From Dehalococcoidia bacterium (lineage in GTDB: Bacteria; Chloroflexota; Dehalococcoidia; UBA2979): a DNA stretch of 64,000 bases. A model generated the notes under the pieces. The model saw only the letters and a program-made list of their open reading frames with translations. It searched no databases and was not told the DNA's origin. The DNA is taken from contig OZ219872.1 in assembly GCA_964291495.2 (NCBI GenBank), positions 128,001 to 192,000 of the forward strand, in the 5' to 3' direction. Below are positions 59,212 through 64,000 of this stretch, in pieces (the first letter of the stretch is position 1; each line of letters begins with the position of its first letter). Position numbers and translations under genes: made by a program.

Positions 59212-61931
59212 GCAGCAGCACGACGCGCGGACGCAGGCGCAAGGCAGCCGACGCCCCCGGCAACGGCGGCACGCGCCTCGTGATCGTCGAGTCGCCGGCC
59301 AAGGCGCGCACGATCGCGGGCTTCCTCGGTCCCGAGTACGTCGTCGAGTCCTCGATCGGGCACATCCGCGACCTGCCGCAGGGCAACGACGCCGTCGACA
59401 TCGAGGCCGGTTTCAAGCCGCGCTACGAGATCCCGACCGACAAGAAGCAGCAGGTCAGCAAGCTGCGCAAGCTCACCCGCGAGGCGAGCGAGCTCTACCT
59501 CGCCACAGACGAGGACCGCGAGGGCGAGGCGATCGCCTGGCACCTCGCCGAGGTGCTCAAGCCGAAGGCGCCGGTGCGCCGCATGGTCTTCCACGAGATC
59601 ACCGAGCGGGCGATCGCCGAGGCGCTGGCCAACCCTCGCGCGATCGACGAGCACCTCGTCTCCGCCCAGGAGGCGCGCCGCGTCCTCGACCGGCTCTACG
59701 GCTACGAGGTTTCGCCGGTGCTCTGGCGCAAGATCCAGCCGCGGCTCTCCGCCGGGCGCGTCCAGTCGGCGGCGATCCGCCTGATCGTCGCGCGCGAGCG
59801 GGAGCGCATGCGCTTCGTCAACGCCTCGTTCTGGGACGTCCGCTCGGTGGTCCGGGACGAGCAGACCATCGACCGGTCGGAGCCCTTCGGCGCGCGCCTC
59901 GCCGAGCTCGGCGGGCAGCGGCTCGCGAGGGGCAACGACTTCGAGCCGGAGACCGGGCAACTCCGCGAGGGCGCCCGGGTGCTGCAACTCGACGAGGAGC
60001 GCGCGAGCGCCGTCGCCGCGGCTGTCGCGGAGGCCGAATACACCGTCGTCGAGGTCAACGAGCGGCCCTACACGCAGCGGCCGCCGGCCCCGTTCATCAC
60101 CTCGAGCCTGCAGCAGGAGGCCGGACGGAAGCTGGGCTTCACGGCGCAGCGCACGATGCGCACCGCGCAGAACCTCTACGAGAACGGCTACATCACCTAC
60201 ATGCGCACGGACTCGGTGAACCTCTCGGAGCAGGCGATCAACGCCGCCCGTAGGCAGGCGCGCGACCTCTACGGCGACGCCTACGTGCCGGCGCAGCCGC
60301 GCCGCTACCGCACGCGCTCGCGCGGCGCGCAGGAGGCGCACGAGGCGATTCGCCCCGCCGGCGACATCTTCCGCACGCCGGACAGCCTGCGCGCGGCGCT
60401 GCGCCCCGACGAGCTGCGCCTCTACGACCTGATCTGGAAGCGCACGGTCGCCTCTCAGATGGAGAACGCCCGAGGCCGGCGCACGAACGCCCGCCTCAGC
60501 GCCGACGCCGGTGAGCCCGGCGAGGCGCTGTTCGCCGTCTCCGGCAAGGTGATCGACTTCCCCGGCTTCCTGCGCGCCTACGTCGAGGGCTCCGACGACC
60601 CCGACGCCGCCCTCGACGACCAGGAGCGCATCCTGCCGCCGCTCACCGAGGGACAGACGCTGCGCGGCGTCTCAGCCGAGGCGCGCGGTCACGAGACCCG
60701 TCCACGCGCCCGCTACACCGAGGCCAGCCTCGTGCGCGAGCTGGAGGAGCTGGGCATCGGGCGGCCCTCCACGTACGCCTCGATCATCCAGACCGTGCAG
60801 GACCGCGGCTACGTCTGGAAGCAGGGCGCCGCGCTGACGCCGACGCTGACCGCGTTCGCCGTCGTCGCGTTGCTGGAGCAGCACTTCGGCGACCTCGTGG
60901 ACTACAGCTTCACCGCTCGCATGGAGGAGGATCTCGACCGCATCGCCGGGGGCGAGGTCGAGCGGGAGCCGTGGCTGCAGCGCTTCTACTTCGGTGACGA
61001 GAGCGAGGCCGGTTCGGGGCTCGCCGCCGAGGGCCTCAAGCAGCGCATCGACTCCAGCTGGGAGGCGATCGACGCGCGGGCGATCTCCACGATCCCGCTC
61101 GGCGAGGACGCCGACGGCCGCTCGATCGCCGCGCGCGTCGGGCGCTACGGCCCTTACCTCGAGGCTGGCGAGGGCGAGCAGCGCGCCACGATTCCGGACG
61201 ACCAGCCGCCCGACGAGCTGACGGTCGAGCGCGCCAGCGAGCTGCTCGCCGAGGCCGCGCGCGGCGGGCGCGTCGTGGCGACCGAGCAGGAGAGCGGCAA
61301 GCCGATCTACGTCAAGACGGGGCCCAACGGCCCCTACGTGCAGATCGGCGAAAACGACGACAACAAGGGCAAGCCGAAGCGCGCCAGCCTCTGGCCCGAG
61401 ATGAGCATCGAGACGCTGACCGCCGACCAGGCGTTCGAGCTGCTGTCCTATCCGCGCATCCTCGGCGCACACCCCGAAAGCGGCGAGGAGATCGCGGTGC
61501 TGGACGGGCGCTACGGGCCGTTCGTCCGCGCCGGCAAGGAGACGCGCAGCCTGCGCGACCACGAGCACTTGCGCACGATCGAGTTCGACGAGGCCGTGCG
61601 GCTGCTGAGCGAGCCGAAGCGCCGCGGGCGCGGCGCCGCGGCGGGGCCGCTCGCGGTGCTCGGCCAGCACCCGGACAGCGGCGCGAGCATCGAGCTGCGC
61701 AACGGGCGCTACGGTCCGTACGTCACCGACGGCCAGGTCAACGCCTCGCTGCGGCGCGGGCAGGAGCCCTCGAGCGTCACGCTCGACGAGGCCCTTGCCC
61801 TGATCGCGGCGCGCGAGGAGCGGATGCGCGAGCAGGGCCAGGATCCGCGCGCCCCGAAGCCGCAGCGCCGGGGCCGGCGCGGCGGCGCTGCGCGCCGCAC
61901 GAGCCGCTCGCCGAAGCGGCGCTCCGCCTGA
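59208..61931 (+). CDS. topA: DNA topoisomerase I
   Basis: IVESPAKA, ATDEDREGE, SAGRVQS, ITYMRTD, AHEAIRP, GRYGPY C-terminal repeats. Confidence 0.97.
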   Translation: MSSSTTRGRRRKAADAPGNGGTRLVIVESPAKARTIAGFLGPEYVVESSIGHIRDLPQGNDAVDIEAGFKPRYEIPTDKKQQVSKLRKLTREASELYLATDEDREGEAIAWHLAEVLKPKAPVRRMVFHEITERAIAEALANPRAIDEHLVSAQEARRVLDRLYGYEVSPVLWRKIQPRLSAGRVQSAAIRLIVARERERMRFVNASFWDVRSVVRDEQTIDRSEPFGARLAELGGQRLARGNDFEPETGQLREGARVLQLDEERASAVAAAVAEAEYTVVEVNERPYTQRPPAPFITSSLQQEAGRKLGFTAQRTMRTAQNLYENGYITYMRTDSVNLSEQAINAARRQARDLYGDAYVPAQPRRYRTRSRGAQEAHEAIRPAGDIFRTPDSLRAALRPDELRLYDLIWKRTVASQMENARGRRTNARLSADAGEPGEALFAVSGKVIDFPGFLRAYVEGSDDPDAALDDQERILPPLTEGQTLRGVSAEARGHETRPRARYTEASLVRELEELGIGRPSTYASIIQTVQDRGYVWKQGAALTPTLTAFAVVALLEQHFGDLVDYSFTARMEEDLDRIAGGEVEREPWLQRFYFGDESEAGSGLAAEGLKQRIDSSWEAIDARAISTIPLGEDADGRSIAARVGRYGPYLEAGEGEQRATIPDDQPPDELTVERASELLAEAARGGRVVATEQESGKPIYVKTGPNGPYVQIGENDDNKGKPKRASLWPEMSIETLTADQAFELLSYPRILGAHPESGEEIAVLDGRYGPFVRAGKETRSLRDHEHLRTIEFDEAVRLLSEPKRRGRGAAAGPLAVLGQHPDSGASIELRNGRYGPYVTDGQVNASLRRGQEPSSVTLDEALALIAAREERMREQGQDPRAPKPQRRGRRGGAARRTSRSPKRRSA

Positions 61932-61995
61932 CACGTCCCCCAACCTGCGTGCTACGCTCGATCCGCGGGGTTACGGAGCACACCGGAGACTAACG

Positions 61996-62988
61996 GTGTC
62001 CGACCCGCGTACCATCGAACCACCGCCTCCCGCCGCGCGCGCCCTCGAGGCGCTCGAACGTTATCTCGGCGAGCTCGCCCTCGTGCGGCAGCGATCCGAC
62101 CGCACGATCCGCAACTACCGCGACGACCTGGGCGGCTTCTTCTCGCACCTCGCCGGGGCGGGGGTCGAGTTCGACGAGGCCGGACGCGAGCAGGCGCGCG
62201 CCTACCTCGGGTTGCTGCTGCAGGGCGAGCAGCGTGCGCCCGCCTCGGTGAAGCGCATCGCCTCGACGATCCGCGCCTTCTATGGCTGGCTGGATCGCGA
62301 GGGCAAGCTGCGGCCGGGCCGGCCCGGCGACTCGATCCTGCGGTTGCGCTCGCCGAAGGCCCCGAACCGCCTTCCGCAGATCCTCTCCGGCGAGGAGGCC
62401 GGCGACCTGATGAGCGCGCCCGAGGACGACACGCCCGCCGGGCTGCGCGACCGCGCCCTGCTGGAGCTGCTCTACGGCGCCGGCCTGCGCGTCAGCGAGG
62501 CGGCCGCCATGGACAGCGCCGACCTCGATCTTGCGAACCGGCAGGTGCGCGTCACCGGCAAGGGCAAGAAGCAGCGCGTCGCCCTCTTCGGCCGACCGGC
62601 GCGGGACGCGCTGCGCGACTACCTGGATCGAGGCCGCCCGCAGCTCGCGCGCGGGGCGGAGGCGGCGCTCTTCCTCAACCGCTCCGGCGGGCGGCTCTCG
62701 GCGCGCTCGATCCAGTCGATCGTTCGCGCGGCGGGGACATCGGCGGCGGTGCGCCAGCGGGTGCATCCGCACCTGCTGCGCCACAGTTTCGCGACGCATA
62801 TGCTGGACGAGGGCGCCGATCTCCGGATCGTGCAGCAGCTGCTGGGCCACGCTTCGGCGGACACGACCCAGATCTACACCGCGGTGACCGGCTCGCGGAA
62901 ACAGGCGATCGTCTCCCGGGCGCTCGCCCGCGCCCGCGACATCGAGGGCGACGGCGAGCGCGAAACGAACGAGGCGAGGACCGGCTGA
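61996..62988 (+). CDS. xerC: Tyrosine recombinase XerC
   Basis: LYGAGLRVSE, GKGKKQR, HPHLLRHSFATH, LLGH..TTQIYT; in dprA-topA-xerC synteny. Confidence 0.88.
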   Translation: MSDPRTIEPPPPAARALEALERYLGELALVRQRSDRTIRNYRDDLGGFFSHLAGAGVEFDEAGREQARAYLGLLLQGEQRAPASVKRIASTIRAFYGWLDREGKLRPGRPGDSILRLRSPKAPNRLPQILSGEEAGDLMSAPEDDTPAGLRDRALLELLYGAGLRVSEAAAMDSADLDLANRQVRVTGKGKKQRVALFGRPARDALRDYLDRGRPQLARGAEAALFLNRSGGRLSARSIQSIVRAAGTSAAVRQRVHPHLLRHSFATHMLDEGADLRIVQQLLGHASADTTQIYTAVTGSRKQAIVSRALARARDIEGDGERETNEARTG

Positions 62989-63014
62989 AGGACCGACTGA
63001 AGGAAACTAACGCG

Positions 63015-63458
63015 ATGCGCGTGCTGATACTCAACGGCCCCAACCTCAACCTCCTCGGCGAGCGCGAGCCGGAGATTTACGGCAGCGACACCCTCGACAC
63101 CCTCGAGCAGCAGTGCCGCGAGCGCGCCGCCGAGTTGGGCATCGAGATCGAGTTCGCCCAGTCCAACTCCGAGGGCGAGATGGTCGACCTGCTCCAGCAG
63201 CGCCGCGACCGCGACGGCGTCATCCTCAACGCTGCTGCGTACACGCACACCTCGCTCGCCCTCGCCGACACACTGGCGGCCTTCGAGCCGCCCGTCGTCG
63301 AGGTGCACTTGAGCAACATCCACGCGCGCGAGGAGATCCGCCGCCAGTCGCTGACCGCGCCCCACGCCTGGGGCCTGATCAGCGGCTTCGGCTTCCGCGG
63401 CTACCTCGCCGCGCTCGACCTGCTGCACGCGCGGCTGAGCGAGGGCGCGGGCGAGTGA
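63015..63458 (+). CDS. aroQ: Type II 3-dehydroquinate dehydratase
   Basis: LNGPNLNLLGEREPEIYG, QSNSEG, EVHLSNIHARE. Confidence 0.97.
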   Translation: MRVLILNGPNLNLLGEREPEIYGSDTLDTLEQQCRERAAELGIEIEFAQSNSEGEMVDLLQQRRDRDGVILNAAAYTHTSLALADTLAAFEPPVVEVHLSNIHAREEIRRQSLTAPHAWGLISGFGFRGYLAALDLLHARLSEGAGE

Positions 63459-64000
63459 GCGCTGCCCCCTCGCGCCTCGCGCGCCTGCGCGAGCGGCTCG
63501 ACGCCCTCGAGGTCGACGCGCTGCTGGTGACCGCCCCGGCGAACCGCCGCTGGCTCTCCGGCTTCACCGGCTCCGCCGGCATGCTGCTCGTCGGCGCCGA
63601 GGCCGCACGCATCGCGACCGACGGCCGCTACCACGAGCAGGCGCGCCTGCAGGCGCCCGCCTTCGAGCTCGTCGCGGCCCCGCTGCGGCGCATCGACTCG
63701 TTCGCCGCCGACCTGCTCGCCGGCCTCGGCGGCAACGCCGTCGGCATCGAGGCGGCGCATGTCACAGTCGCGGAGCACGCGGAGTGGACCGAGGCGATCG
63801 GGCTGCTGCCGCCGGAGGACCGCCCGCGGCTCACGCCGCTGCGCAACGCGATCGAGCCGCTGCGCGCGATCAAGGACGCCGGGGAGCTCGAGGCGATCTC
63901 GCGCGCGGTGCGACTCGGCGACGAGGCGTTCGCGCACGCCGCCGCGCAGCTGCGGCCCGGCGTCAGCGAGCGCGAGCTGGCCTGGGAGGTGCAGCGCCAT
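63455..64000 (+). CDS. Xaa-Pro aminopeptidase (M24), truncated by the window end
   Basis: GTG overlaps the aroQ stop; NRRWLSGFTGSAG, TDGRY.EQA, LRAIKDAGEL. Confidence 0.88.
   Translation, partial: MSAAPSRLARLRERLDALEVDALLVTAPANRRWLSGFTGSAGMLLVGAEAARIATDGRYHEQARLQAPAFELVAAPLRRIDSFAADLLAGLGGNAVGIEAAHVTVAEHAEWTEAIGLLPPEDRPRLTPLRNAIEPLRAIKDAGELEAISRAVRLGDEAFAHAAAQLRPGVSERELAWEVQRH

Noticed and set aside
61996-62988. Tyrosine recombinase as the island integrase
   Set aside because: It lies 34 kb away in the housekeeping dprA-topA-xerC context

Overview
Very GC-rich bacterial chromosome segment. Gene content suggests Chloroflexota (Dehalococcoidia-like), and the repetitive surface proteins resemble those of sponge or marine symbionts; both points are inference. 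The housekeeping flanks carry fabV, lepA, oppDF, three tRNAs, T-box-thrS, accC/accB, infC-rpmI-rplT, pheST, the aro genes, moeA, mltG, ruvX, alaS, glmU, dprA-topA-xerC and aroQ. They surround a ~20.7 kb integrase-less island (6946-27676) inserted at the 3' end of tRNA-Val. The island is bounded by an 8-bp direct repeat and 11-bp inverted arms. It encodes a soluble GAF-PAS-histidine kinase-receiver-OmpR DNA-binding fusion. This gene lies divergent from three promoters with identical four-box spacing, which drive shuffled, partly decayed secreted-protein modules, one of them behind a G15 tract. The island also carries a 2268-aa adhesin-like protein containing an arylsulfotransferase domain, and HEPN/PD-(D/E)xK cargo. 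Outside the island, a DUF169 gene has an in-frame TGA at the conserved Cys position followed by a SECIS-like hairpin, making it a candidate selenoprotein. All family assignments come from motif recognition; no database searches were run.
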